Source: Candidatus Fraserbacteria bacterium (GTDB lineage: Bacteria > Bipolaricaulota > Bipolaricaulia > RBG-16-55-9). From it: 45,278 nucleotides of DNA. The notes beneath the pieces are model-generated. The model saw nothing but the letters and a program-made list of their open reading frames with translations. It did not search any database and was not told the origin of the DNA. The DNA lies in NCBI GenBank assembly GCA_037442925.1, contig JBBIPG010000013.1, forward strand, positions 1 to 45,278. Direction: 5' to 3'. Numbering within the stretch: position 1 is the stretch's first letter; the number at the start of each line of letters is the position of its first letter. The translations under genes were made by a program, and so were the position numbers. Shown here in pieces: positions 37,320-45,278 of this stretch.

Positions 37320-38003
37320 CTAATTCTCAGAGACCCCTTCATCGAGACTCGCCCAGGATGCTCGCTCTGCTAGTTCCTCGGGGTCGGTGATGGCAATCTG
37401 GAAGCGCTGCTTGGCGATCAGGCCCTCTGCCTCAAACCGATTGAGGATCATGGTGACGTTCTCGCGTGTCCCGCCGACCAGCTCCGCAAGTTCTTGATGA
37501 GTGATCTTAAGGTCAATCTCCCAACGGCCTCGCTGTCGGTGGCCGTGTCGTTGAGCCAAGTTGAGCAGCGTACGCGCCAGGCGTGTCTCAAGATCCCGAA
37601 AGACCATCTCTTTGAGGCGCTCTTGGATCTCATTCATGCGACGCAGCACGAGCTGAAGCAGATGGAGCACAAGGTCCGGGGAGGTCTTCGCGCAGGTGAT
37701 CAACTGGTCCCGTGGGATCACCCAACAAGTGGAATCTTCCAGGGCCTCGGCGCTCGATTGCCGATGTCCATCGCCCAGAAGTGCCATCTCCCCAAAGAGA
37801 TTGCCCTCTCCCAAGATGGCCAAGGTCAGCCTCTTGCCACTCTCATCCAGATGGTAGAGCTTCACCCGTCCCTGGCGAATGAAGTATGCCGCCGTGTCCC
37901 GCTGACATGGATTGTAGATGACCTCTCCCTCTCGATACGTGACCACATGACAGAACTTGGCTAGTTTTTCTTGAAGAATTTTGCTGTTCCCGCCATTCTC
38001 CAT
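37320..38003 (-). CDS. Crp/Fnr-family transcriptional regulator with a CRP-like recognition helix
   Basis: GRVKL, FGEMAL...RQSSAEA and ITHQELAELVGGTRENVT motifs; SD GGGAGG. Confidence 0.93.
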   Translation of the reverse strand: MENGGNSKILQEKLAKFCHVVTYREGEVIYNPCQRDTAAYFIRQGRVKLYHLDESGKRLTLAILGEGNLFGEMALLGDGHRQSSAEALEDSTCWVIPRDQLITCAKTSPDLVLHLLQLVLRRMNEIQERLKEMVFRDLETRLARTLLNLAQRHGHRQRGRWEIDLKITHQELAELVGGTRENVTMILNRFEAEGLIAKQRFQIAITDPEELAERASWASLDEGVSEN

Positions 38004-38084
38004 ACCTGCCTCCCTTTTCGCTCGGCTTGCACCCTCACTCAGTCAGCCTTCCCCATATCCATAACACAGCTCCCAAGTCCTTTC

Positions 38085-38140
38085 TGTGATCCCGGTAACC
38101 GTAAGGGCGAATGAGTTGTGCTGTTGTGATCTACATCACC
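38085..38140. promoter_or_regulatory. Two CRP-type boxes in the divergent promoter region
   Basis: TGTGA-tcccgg-TAACC (38085-38100) and TGTGA-tctaca-TCACC (38125-38140), 40 bp apart. Confidence 0.6.
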
Positions 38141-38245
38141 TGCTAGAGTGATCAAGCTGTCATGCTGCCTGAACCTGGGTGATTGGGTTTCCCCGCTTCC
38201 TGGCGTAGCCTCGCCCAAGGACTCTCACACAAGGAGGCTTTCGAA

Positions 38246-38593
38246 GTGAAAATAAAAGACTCTCCACTCTGGGAGCGAGTGGATGCGGCGCGAGGACAGA
38301 TCCTCTGTTGCCCAGGAGATCGCACAAACTCACTCTATCTCATCCGGTCAGGACGAGTAGAGATCACCGAGCCCAGAGGTAGCCGGATGATGGGGCCAGG
38401 GGAGTTCTTCGGGGAACTGGATTTCACCCAGAGCGGAGCCCTTGCGCTCACCGTGCGCGCTCTGGAAGATACCTCCCTCTTGCGTATTGATGGCCAGTGT
38501 CTTACGAGACAGCTCCGTAAGCGGCGCAGCGCCGGGAAGCTACGACTCAAGAAACTTCTGGGGTGTGGCGATCGCCTTATCTTCCTGTGCTAG
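38246..38593 (+). CDS. Small stand-alone cyclic-nucleotide-binding-domain protein
   Basis: LYLIRSGRVEI, GPGEFFGE and TVRALED motifs; GTG 38246 after AAGGAGG; no HTH. Confidence 0.72.
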   Translation: MKIKDSPLWERVDAARGQILCCPGDRTNSLYLIRSGRVEITEPRGSRMMGPGEFFGELDFTQSGALALTVRALEDTSLLRIDGQCLTRQLRKRRSAGKLRLKKLLGCGDRLIFLC

Positions 38594-39641
38594 CTTGCTG
38601 GCTGGCACGCAAACACTCTTTTAGCTCTTCGATTTCGCTACGGAACAGAGGAGTATTCAGTAGCTCTGTCACCTTGCGATAGGCGTGCATAACCGTGGTA
38701 TGGTCCCGCGCGCCAAAGGCCTTGCCGATGGTTGGAAATGACCCGTTCGTAAGTTCTCTTGCCAAGTAGATCGCTATGTGGCGCGCCTGGGAGATGCGCT
38801 TCTCACGCCTCTCCCCTTCCAGCTGTTCCACACTCACTTCATAACGGCGTGCCACCTCGGCCTTGATGACTTCAATATCGAGCGGGCGCTCGCTCGGCGG
38901 CTCTTGAGGGAGGACTTCATCGAGGAGTTCCGGTGTGATCGGCTGGCCTTGGAGTTCCGCATAGGCGGTGGCCCGGATGAGCGCACCCTCCAGCGCCCGC
39001 ACGCTGGACGTGATCCGATGGGCGATCCGCGTGAGGAGGTCATCGCTCAGCTTGAGTTCGTTCTCCTTGGCCTTGGCTCGTAAGATAGCCAGCCGCGTCT
39101 CAAAGTTGGGCGGTTGAATATCTGCGACCAGTCCCCAGCGAAATCGCGACACTAAGCGCTCTTGCAGTTGAGAGAGCTCCTCCGGAGGGCGATCACTCGA
39201 GAGCACGATCTGCTTGCTGTTCTCGTATAACTCGTTGAACGTGTGAAAGAGTTCTTCTTGCGTGCCCTCTTTGTCCTTGAGGAAATGGACATCGTCAATC
39301 AAGAGCATATCGACCTGCCGATATGTGCGGCGGAAACGATCCGTGCGATTCTCACGAATGGCTTGTACGAGTTCAATGGCGAACCGCTCGGAAGTGATGT
39401 AAATGACGCGAAGCCAGGGCTGGTTTTTCAGGATTTCATTGCCGATGGCATAGAGCAGATGGGTCTTGCCCAAGCCGACCTTACCGTAGATGAACAGTGG
39501 GTTGTAGGCTCGGCCGGGAGATTCGGCTACGGCCTGACAGGCCGAGCACGCCAGGAGATTTCCATCCCCCTTGATGAACCGATCGAAGGTGTACTCGGCT
39601 TTGAGAGTCGATGGCTCGCTCTCGATTCTTGCAACGGTCAT
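38577..39641 (-). CDS. dnaA: Chromosomal replication initiator DnaA lacking N-terminal domains I-II
   Basis: YTFDRF, YNPLFIYGKVGLGKTHL, LLIDDVHF, TQEELFHTFN, RLVSRF and the domain IV signature RDHTTVMHA. Confidence 0.93.
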   Translation of the reverse strand: MTVARIESEPSTLKAEYTFDRFIKGDGNLLACSACQAVAESPGRAYNPLFIYGKVGLGKTHLLYAIGNEILKNQPWLRVIYITSERFAIELVQAIRENRTDRFRRTYRQVDMLLIDDVHFLKDKEGTQEELFHTFNELYENSKQIVLSSDRPPEELSQLQERLVSRFRWGLVADIQPPNFETRLAILRAKAKENELKLSDDLLTRIAHRITSSVRALEGALIRATAYAELQGQPITPELLDEVLPQEPPSERPLDIEVIKAEVARRYEVSVEQLEGERREKRISQARHIAIYLARELTNGSFPTIGKAFGARDHTTVMHAYRKVTELLNTPLFRSEIEELKECLRASQQASTGR

Positions 39642-39776
39642 GATCGCTCCTTTGAGGAGTACTTCGCCCTACCCGATGGCCCCCTCTTGCCCTCTGCTGG
39701 TCTGGTAGAGGATGGTGGGCTTGAAAGCACCGTCCGTAAGGTGGTTATGGATCTGGGTTGTCTTTCAAGTGCCAAG

Positions 39777-39806
39777 AGCATACCAGCGGTGAGGGAAATG
39801 TGTCAA
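39777..39806 (-). promoter_or_regulatory. Putative dnaA promoter with an extended -10
   Basis: TTGACA-N18-TATGCT, with TGG immediately before the -10. Confidence 0.55.
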
Positions 39807-39859
39807 TAGCCTGACTCGGTTCTCAAGCCTCGAAATATCGCAATGGGAGAGTGTTTTCG

Positions 39860-39986
39860 CCCCAAGACCGGCTCACCCATGTGATCACGTTTGATGGTTC
39901 GACGTGTCGCGGAAGAGTTTGCCCGTGTGCCTGCGGCGAAGTCTGGTTTAAGGGACATTCGTCACCTCGTGATGGGGCCATCGGGG
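39860..39986 (-). ncRNA. Candidate rod-shaped structured RNA downstream of tRNA-Phe
   Basis: Seven nested helices on the minus strand: CCCCGA/TTGGGG, TGGC/GCCG, CCCAT/ATGGG, CACG/CGTG, GGT/ACC, GACG/CGTC, TGTC/GACA. Strand not certain. Confidence 0.4.
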
Positions 39987-39993
39987 AGGCGGG

Positions 39994-40066
39994 TGCCCAG
40001 GGACGGACTCGAACCGTCGACACCAGGATTTTCAGTCCTGTGCTCTACCAGCTGAGCTACCTGGGC
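39994..40066 (-). tRNA. tRNA-Phe (GAA); CCA not encoded
   Basis: GCCCAGG acceptor stem, anticodon loop CTGAAAA, GGTTCGAGTCC T-arm; followed by CCC. Confidence 0.97.
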
Positions 40067-40076
40067 AGGCGGGTTG

Positions 40077-40153
40077 TGGCGGGGATGACGGGATTTGAAC
40101 CCGCGGTCTCTGCCTTGACAGGGCAGCGTGTTAGGCCGCTACACTACACCCCC
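40077..40153 (-). tRNA. tRNA-Asp (GTC)
   Basis: GGGGGTG/CATCCCC acceptor stem, anticodon loop CTGTCAA, GGTTCAAATCC T-arm, ends GCCA. Confidence 0.97.
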
Positions 40154-40165
40154 GCGTTTAGCCCC

Positions 40166-40194
40166 ATTATAGAAGAACTCCCTTCGGCTGTCAA
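40166..40194 (-). promoter_or_regulatory. Consensus sigma70 promoter of the tRNA-Asp/tRNA-Phe operon
   Basis: Perfect TTGACA-N17-TATAAT. Confidence 0.85.
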
Positions 40195-40235
40195 ACGGCT
40201 CTCCCGCTGACTTGCGCATCTCAACCCTGAACGAA

Positions 40236-40274
40236 TGTAACAACGTTTACAGTCCAACTCCCGCCTCTTATGCT
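40236..40274 (+). promoter_or_regulatory. Promoter of the pilin-like operon with an overlapping palindromic operator
   Basis: TGTAA-N6-TTACA (40236-40251) overlaps TTTACA-N17-TATGCT. Confidence 0.5.
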
Positions 40275-40316
40275 ACGGTCGAATGGAACAACAAAGTCCA
40301 AGAGGAGGTTGAGTCA

Positions 40317-40841
40317 ATGCAACGCATCAAAGTCTTGGGCGTCGTAGTGATCTTGAGTATGGTGGCCCTCGGATTGCAGACGGTGACAATTGCCCAAAGC
40401 GATACAGCGTCTTCCACGGGAAGCGCCACGAATCAGGCCGTCTTCGTCACCGTGGCAACCCCGTACTCTGCGACGCCTACCGTTGTGACGTCTTCGGATG
40501 TAGAGCAGGGCTTCACAAGTATTGGTACGGCAACCTTCAACATAGATGCGACCGTGACGTATAACGTTGCCGTGGACTCCAACAACGCGGGCACGTCGGC
40601 TCCTGCTCTCTCCGCATTCACCATTGGTAAGTCGGCTGCCACCGCCTGTCAGCTCAACTTGAACGGCGCTGGCTTTGTGGACGGGAGCCCTGGCCCCACA
40701 AGCACCGGCCATGTCATAACGACGGGCACTTCAGGCACGGATCACACCGTCGCCCTCAGAATTCAATGGACCCAATACACCAAAGCTCCCAGCGGCACAT
40801 ATAACTGTGAAGTCGAGATGACCGTGACGGAAGCCCCATAA
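40317..40841 (+). CDS. Secreted pilin/fimbrial-like subunit (putative major subunit)
   Basis: Sec signal, Thr/Ser/Ala-rich beta protein with two Cys, C-terminal APSGTYNCEVEMTV strand; strong SD GAGGAGG. Confidence 0.6.
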   Translation: MQRIKVLGVVVILSMVALGLQTVTIAQSDTASSTGSATNQAVFVTVATPYSATPTVVTSSDVEQGFTSIGTATFNIDATVTYNVAVDSNNAGTSAPALSAFTIGKSAATACQLNLNGAGFVDGSPGPTSTGHVITTGTSGTDHTVALRIQWTQYTKAPSGTYNCEVEMTVTEAP

Positions 40842-40868
40842 CGGGCAAGAGGGCGGCGAGACCTGGGC

Positions 40869-41327
40869 ATGAGGCGACTCATCCAACTGGCATCGATCCT
40901 GACGATCTTGGTCGCGGTCGGATTGGCTACTGTCACCCCGGCTAAAACCCAGCCGAACCTCACAATCCAAATTCTCTCCGGTGGTAACTGGACCGTGTCA
41001 GTCACAAAGGACCACGTGCAGCTCGGTCGTGTGGACATGAACGATCAGACGCAGATCGAGATCACAGCTGACGTAAACTGGAAGGTCACCGCCAGCGTTA
41101 CTCTCGATGCATTTCCCGCAGGAACCCAGAATCCAACGAACTTGGCTCTCGAAGTGGGTAGCAACGACACTCCGGGCCAGTTCAACGCCGGCGGAGGTTT
41201 GGTCCAGACCGGAGCGCCGGGCACCGTCCAATTCCCTGTGGATCTGCGCCTGAACCTTGCTACCTTGGGAAACGCTCCGGCAGGAACCTATTCCTTTACG
41301 ATCACATATACCATCCAACAGCAATGA
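40869..41327 (+). CDS. Secreted pilin/fimbrial-like subunit (putative minor subunit)
   Basis: Sec signal and C-terminal APAGTYSFTITYTI, paralogous in pattern to the upstream subunit. Confidence 0.6.
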   Translation: MRRLIQLASILTILVAVGLATVTPAKTQPNLTIQILSGGNWTVSVTKDHVQLGRVDMNDQTQIEITADVNWKVTASVTLDAFPAGTQNPTNLALEVGSNDTPGQFNAGGGLVQTGAPGTVQFPVDLRLNLATLGNAPAGTYSFTITYTIQQQ

Positions 41328-41343
41328 AAGAAGGTGCAGGTGG

Positions 41344-42165
41344 ATGAAACCGACTCCTCTTTGGGTGCTGATCTCACTGTTCATGCTCTGTGTTCTGGCC
41401 GTTCCCACTAGAGCAGAGATCGGTGTCTCTACGCTGGGCATGGACATCGAACTCGCTCCCGGCGAGAGCTTCAACGGCTCCATTCTAGTCACCAACAACA
41501 GCGACCAGCCCGCCACTGTGCAAATCAGTCTGAGAGACTTCGAGTGGGACATCGATGGCAACGTTCAGATCCTGCCTGCCGGGACACTCAGCCGGTCTCT
41601 CGCCCACTACATTACGTTCTTCCCCGCGGAATTTACCTTGCCCGCCAGGAAGGGAATGGCTCAGCCCGTCCGAGTGATCGTCTCTCTACCGCAGCAAGTG
41701 AGTGGGCCCCACTGGGCCATGCTTTCCATTCGACAAGTCACAACTGACCAGGAAGAGCCACCTCCGACGCAGGACGACGAACGCGTGGTACAAGCCACCA
41801 TTGGCCTCAGCTTCGGTGTTCAGATTCGACAGGTTGATCCTACCCGGATCGTGCGAGACGGTCGCATTACCGACGCTCAGGTTCTTCTCCCGGAGGGCAA
41901 CCAGCCGCTTCGCGTCAACACGGAGTTTGAGAACATCGGGACCACGTTCCTGAGAGTCACAGGCGAGGTGCGCTTTATCAATGCCCGAGGCGAGATCGTC
42001 ACCCGAGTCGGGATCGCCCCCTTCCGCGTCCTTCCCGGGGGCAAGCGCCGAGTCGAGGCTCCCTTGCTGCAGCCCCTGCCTTCGGGAGATTACATCGCCC
42101 TGGCCGTCTTAGACTTCGGAGGAGATTTTCTAGTAGCAGGACAAGTCTACTTCCGCATCCCCTAA
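41344..42165 (+). CDS. PapD-like / DUF916-like two-Ig-domain exported chaperone
   Basis: Signal peptide; LAPGE...I.VTNNSD, SLAHYITF.P.EFTLP, ENIGT and VLPGGKR...L.SGDY.A.AVLDFG patterns. Confidence 0.65.
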   Translation: MKPTPLWVLISLFMLCVLAVPTRAEIGVSTLGMDIELAPGESFNGSILVTNNSDQPATVQISLRDFEWDIDGNVQILPAGTLSRSLAHYITFFPAEFTLPARKGMAQPVRVIVSLPQQVSGPHWAMLSIRQVTTDQEEPPPTQDDERVVQATIGLSFGVQIRQVDPTRIVRDGRITDAQVLLPEGNQPLRVNTEFENIGTTFLRVTGEVRFINARGEIVTRVGIAPFRVLPGGKRRVEAPLLQPLPSGDYIALAVLDFGGDFLVAGQVYFRIP

Positions 42166-42284
42166 GGTGATTCAGGTCTTCATCTCAAGGCGCAGCTGGC
42201 GTTCCCCAGAGCTTCCGACAGCTCATAGAATCGAATCACTGGAGTCAACATCAACACTACGACGTCATCAACGTAAATCGGGAA

Positions 42285-45155
42285 ATGCTACGTGCCACCA
42301 TGCGAACGCTGGTCATTCTATGCGCCCTCTCTCTGTTCTCGTTTTCCGGTCTTTCCTCGCCGGTCGAGATCCTGTCCGCCTCCGATCCCATCAGCGCGAG
42401 ACCCGCTGATTTTGCCACATTGGTCTTCATTGTCGTAAACCAAGAGCCCAGCACGACAACCTTCGACCTTCAAGTCACGCTGCCAACGGGATATCAGCTG
42501 ATTGCCCCCCTCGCGCCGATCTCTCTGGCGCCTGGAGCAGATCAAGCCATCTTCGTCACTGTGCTCGTGCCCAGGGGAGCACCGGCGGGGCGCATTCCTG
42601 TCGTCCTACACGCAACTTCACAGACCGAACCTGCAATCACCGCTTCCGCTACCGGCTTCCTGGAGATCCTCGCCACCTTTGAGATCGAGATCCGCCCTCC
42701 GCAAGATCGCCCTGTTGAGCCCGGAGAGATGACCCAACTGACATTTCACATGGCCAACAAGGGGAATGTGCTCGATCGTCTGACGCTGATTGCCGAGTCT
42801 CGTCGCGGCTTTCCACTGAAGCTGCAACCGGAATCACTGGAACTGCTGCCAGGAGAAGTGCGACCAGTCATCGTCGAGCTGACCGTTCCCCCACAGGCCA
42901 CTCCGGGTCCAGAGCGCATCACCGTCATTGCCCGATCGGTCCTCTCGGATGTTGAGGCTTCTTCTACTGTCCAGTTTACCGTTCTGCCCCCGACTCCAGA
43001 TGCCGTCGGAGGAACGCTCTTTCTGGAAGTGCCGACCTCGATCGGCGTCGCTCTCTTGGGGGACAATGCGTCTTCTCTGCAAGCAGAAGCCTCTGTGCAG
43101 GGAACACGCAAATTCGCAGAATTCAATGAGATCAACTACGGCTTGCAGATCGCGAATCTGCTGGAAATCAAGTCAGTACGGTTCAACGCCGATGTGGGTC
43201 GCCTCGGAGTGACCTTGGGCGATCTTTCATTTCCTCTCTCACCTTTGATGACCTTGAGTGGTCGAGGAGGACGCCTCACTCTAAGAAGCGCTGCTGGCAG
43301 TCTCTCACAAGCTACTCTTGGCATGGCTCTTGACTCCAATCAACAGCTGGCGGTAGGCGGAAATGCCGGCACCGATGTCTTCGGCATCTTCCCCTCCTTG
43401 AGCGCGCTAGTCCGACCAGCACGAGGGGAACTATTGGGAGGGGTCGCCCTCGGAATGCGGATTCCGGTCCTGGGCCAGCTTGCTCTGCATGGAGCATTGA
43501 GTCAAGAGGGAACAACGTTGGATCGAGCCTTTCTAGTGCAGAGCCTCACACGCCTAGGTGACTTCGAATTCGACGGTCAATTCGTCTTCTCTGGCAGCAA
43601 CTTCTTAGGGTCCCCGCGGGACAAGTTCGGCCTCGAGCTTTCACAGAGCTTCAACGTCCACGGTCTATTTCTCCGGAGTCACTTTCTGCACTCCATCAAT
43701 AACGTGAACTTCGACCCGACTCGTCCCACCGTGTTGGACACACAGCTGGGCGCGGCAGCTCGCCTCCCCATAGGGTCTTTGACATCCATCGCCTCGCAGT
43801 TCGATATCCAGATGAAGAGAAACCCTTTCCCCCCGCTGCTTACCCAGCTACTGGATACTCATATGGGCGTTCTGGTCACTCAGCGTCTGGGTCTCGTGTC
43901 TCTCTCTGTGGGCTTTGATCGCCGTGAGTCGAAAGACGTGATTACCAGCACGCATGTGGAGGAGACGATCTTGCGTTCTGTGGCTGATCTCCGGCTGGGT
44001 CCACTTCTGACGCTCCTGCGCGTGCAGCTTGAGACAACCAGAGACCTCACCGGCGGGGCAATCCTCCAACAGACCCTTGCTCTACTGGCCAGTGCCAGAT
44101 TTCGCCTGCCGAAAGCAGATCTATTGGTCAGCATCGAGCGCTTGCCCTTGCGAACGACGCTCTCTGCCCAGTTCTCCGCCACGGTGGATCGTTTCGCGGT
44201 CCGTGCGCAAAGCTCGGTGATCCTGAACGACCAGAACGAAGTATTCCCCACATTTGGGCTCTCTCTGGCGTTCCGTTTCGAAGTGCCCATGCCTTTCCTG
44301 CCAACTCTGGGCCGACTCGAAGGATTCGCGTTCATCGACGAAAACGAGAATGGAGTTCGAGATTCCGGCGAGCCGGGTGTGCCCGGCATCATCCTCCGTT
44401 TAGACGGGATCCTTGTGCGCACCGGCTCATCAGGTTTCTTTCGCTCTCCTGCGCTCCGTCCTGGCACCGTACTGCTGGAGGTTCAAGAGCTTCCGCTAGG
44501 GATCGTTCCTGCCGTCGGGCTTCCCATGGCGATCACCCTACAGGCCGGGGAAGTTCGCCAAGTTCAGATTCCTCTACGACAGGAAGCGCTCGTGAGTGGC
44601 CTGGTGTTCCACGACGTGAATAGGAGTGGTGAATTGGATGCTGGTGAGGAGGGCTTAGCCGATGTGAGACTCGTACTCATCGGGCGTGTAAGCCAAGAGA
44701 TTCTGACGGATATCGCAGGTCGGTTCACGTTCTCCGTACCGCCCGGCCCGTATACGCTCCGCGTAGACGCATCCACGTTGCCAAAGCGGTTCCGGCTCGC
44801 TACTGCTGCCGAAGTCTCGATCGAAGCGAAAGTCGGTGAAGTCCAACGAGTTCCATTGGGTGTCGTGGGGGAATTGCTCATCAAGTTCGCCCCGGTGGCC
44901 AACTTCGTCTTCTCACCGCAGCAGCCCAAAGCAGGGGAGACCGTCGTCTTGGACGCTTCTGTTTCTTCTGATCCCGATGGGAGAACTGTTCTCTACGAGT
45001 GGGATTTCAACCAGGATGGAACCATGGACGCCACGGGAATCCAGACCGCCCACGTCTTTTCAGCCGCTGGCAGTTTTTCCGTGACACTGCGGGTGACAGA
45101 TGATGATGGCAACCAGAACTCCGTCACAAAGACCGTTGTTGTGGGGAAGAACTGA
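42285..45155 (+). CDS. Large exported multidomain protein (2 NEW3/COG1470-like Ig domains, beta-rich core, 2 SdrD-B-like domains, PKD); usher-like
   Basis: LAPGA and LLPGE Ig repeats; ~430-aa amphipathic beta-strand core; GFAFIDENENGVRD and GLVFHDVNRSGELD repeats; PKD motif DASVSSDPDG..YEWDF...VTLRVTDDDG. Confidence 0.7.
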   Translation: MLRATMRTLVILCALSLFSFSGLSSPVEILSASDPISARPADFATLVFIVVNQEPSTTTFDLQVTLPTGYQLIAPLAPISLAPGADQAIFVTVLVPRGAPAGRIPVVLHATSQTEPAITASATGFLEILATFEIEIRPPQDRPVEPGEMTQLTFHMANKGNVLDRLTLIAESRRGFPLKLQPESLELLPGEVRPVIVELTVPPQATPGPERITVIARSVLSDVEASSTVQFTVLPPTPDAVGGTLFLEVPTSIGVALLGDNASSLQAEASVQGTRKFAEFNEINYGLQIANLLEIKSVRFNADVGRLGVTLGDLSFPLSPLMTLSGRGGRLTLRSAAGSLSQATLGMALDSNQQLAVGGNAGTDVFGIFPSLSALVRPARGELLGGVALGMRIPVLGQLALHGALSQEGTTLDRAFLVQSLTRLGDFEFDGQFVFSGSNFLGSPRDKFGLELSQSFNVHGLFLRSHFLHSINNVNFDPTRPTVLDTQLGAAARLPIGSLTSIASQFDIQMKRNPFPPLLTQLLDTHMGVLVTQRLGLVSLSVGFDRRESKDVITSTHVEETILRSVADLRLGPLLTLLRVQLETTRDLTGGAILQQTLALLASARFRLPKADLLVSIERLPLRTTLSAQFSATVDRFAVRAQSSVILNDQNEVFPTFGLSLAFRFEVPMPFLPTLGRLEGFAFIDENENGVRDSGEPGVPGIILRLDGILVRTGSSGFFRSPALRPGTVLLEVQELPLGIVPAVGLPMAITLQAGEVRQVQIPLRQEALVSGLVFHDVNRSGELDAGEEGLADVRLVLIGRVSQEILTDIAGRFTFSVPPGPYTLRVDASTLPKRFRLATAAEVSIEAKVGEVQRVPLGVVGELLIKFAPVANFVFSPQQPKAGETVVLDASVSSDPDGRTVLYEWDFNQDGTMDATGIQTAHVFSAAGSFSVTLRVTDDDGNQNSVTKTVVVGKN

Positions 45156-45174
45156 AGGGAAGGTGAATCTGGGG

Positions 45175-45246
45175 TGGGCGAACCAGGATTTGAACCTGGG
45201 ACCTTCCGCGTGTAAGGCGGACGCTCTGCCGCTGAGCTATTCGCCC
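45175..45246 (-). tRNA. tRNA-Val (TAC); CCA not encoded
   Basis: GGGCGAA/TTCGCCC acceptor stem, anticodon loop TTTACAC-type (CTTACAC), GGTTCAAATCC T-arm; followed by CCC. Confidence 0.96.
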
Positions 45247-45278
45247 TTCTGTCTAATATCGCCACAATGCCCCGATAC

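Noticed and set aside
36571..37323. 250-aa ORF antisense to ribD, and the many other short nested ORFs in the track
   Set aside because: They overlap well-supported genes in other frames or strands and show no motifs or RBS.
39720..39769. CRISPR-like TTGAAAG/CTTTCAA motif
   Set aside because: A single inverted pair with no direct-repeat/spacer array and no cas genes.
38004..39990. oriC adjacent to dnaA
   Set aside because: No cluster of TTATCCACA-like boxes and no AT-rich unwinding element seen.
40200..45175. tRNA-integrated genomic island carrying the pilus-like locus
   Set aside because: It is flanked by tRNA genes, but I found no integrase and no duplicated tRNA 3' end, and composition resembles the host.

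Overview
A 45.3-kb, gene-dense, moderately GC-rich bacterial chromosomal segment. My taxonomic guess is Ca. Bipolaricaulota/Acetothermia or a relative, inferred from protein style and not confirmed. From left to right it contains: a probable IS256-type end; UPF0175, Lrp and Crp regulators; a PAS histidine kinase with a single-domain response regulator; a ~365-nt structured ncRNA candidate with its own promoter-like site; a minus-strand operon (FG-GAP protein, hydantoinase B, nadE, purH, lutC, lutB-CCG fusion); two secreted beta-helix proteins; hydantoinase A; mlaEFD; several exported proteins including a PHP hydrolase and a double cupredoxin; an IS481-family element just upstream of an ArsR plus hyf-like (Ehr, Ni-free) membrane complex; purB and ribD; a Crp/cNMP divergent pair with CRP boxes; a dnaA lacking domains I-II; tRNA-Phe and tRNA-Asp; a four-gene chaperone-usher-like surface-fibre locus; and tRNA-Val. 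The strongest candidates for undescribed biology are the ncRNA at 4264-4628, the pilus-like locus at 40317-45155, the headless DnaA, and a second rod-shaped RNA at 39860-39986. All calls come from reading the sequence by eye; no searches or folding programs were run.
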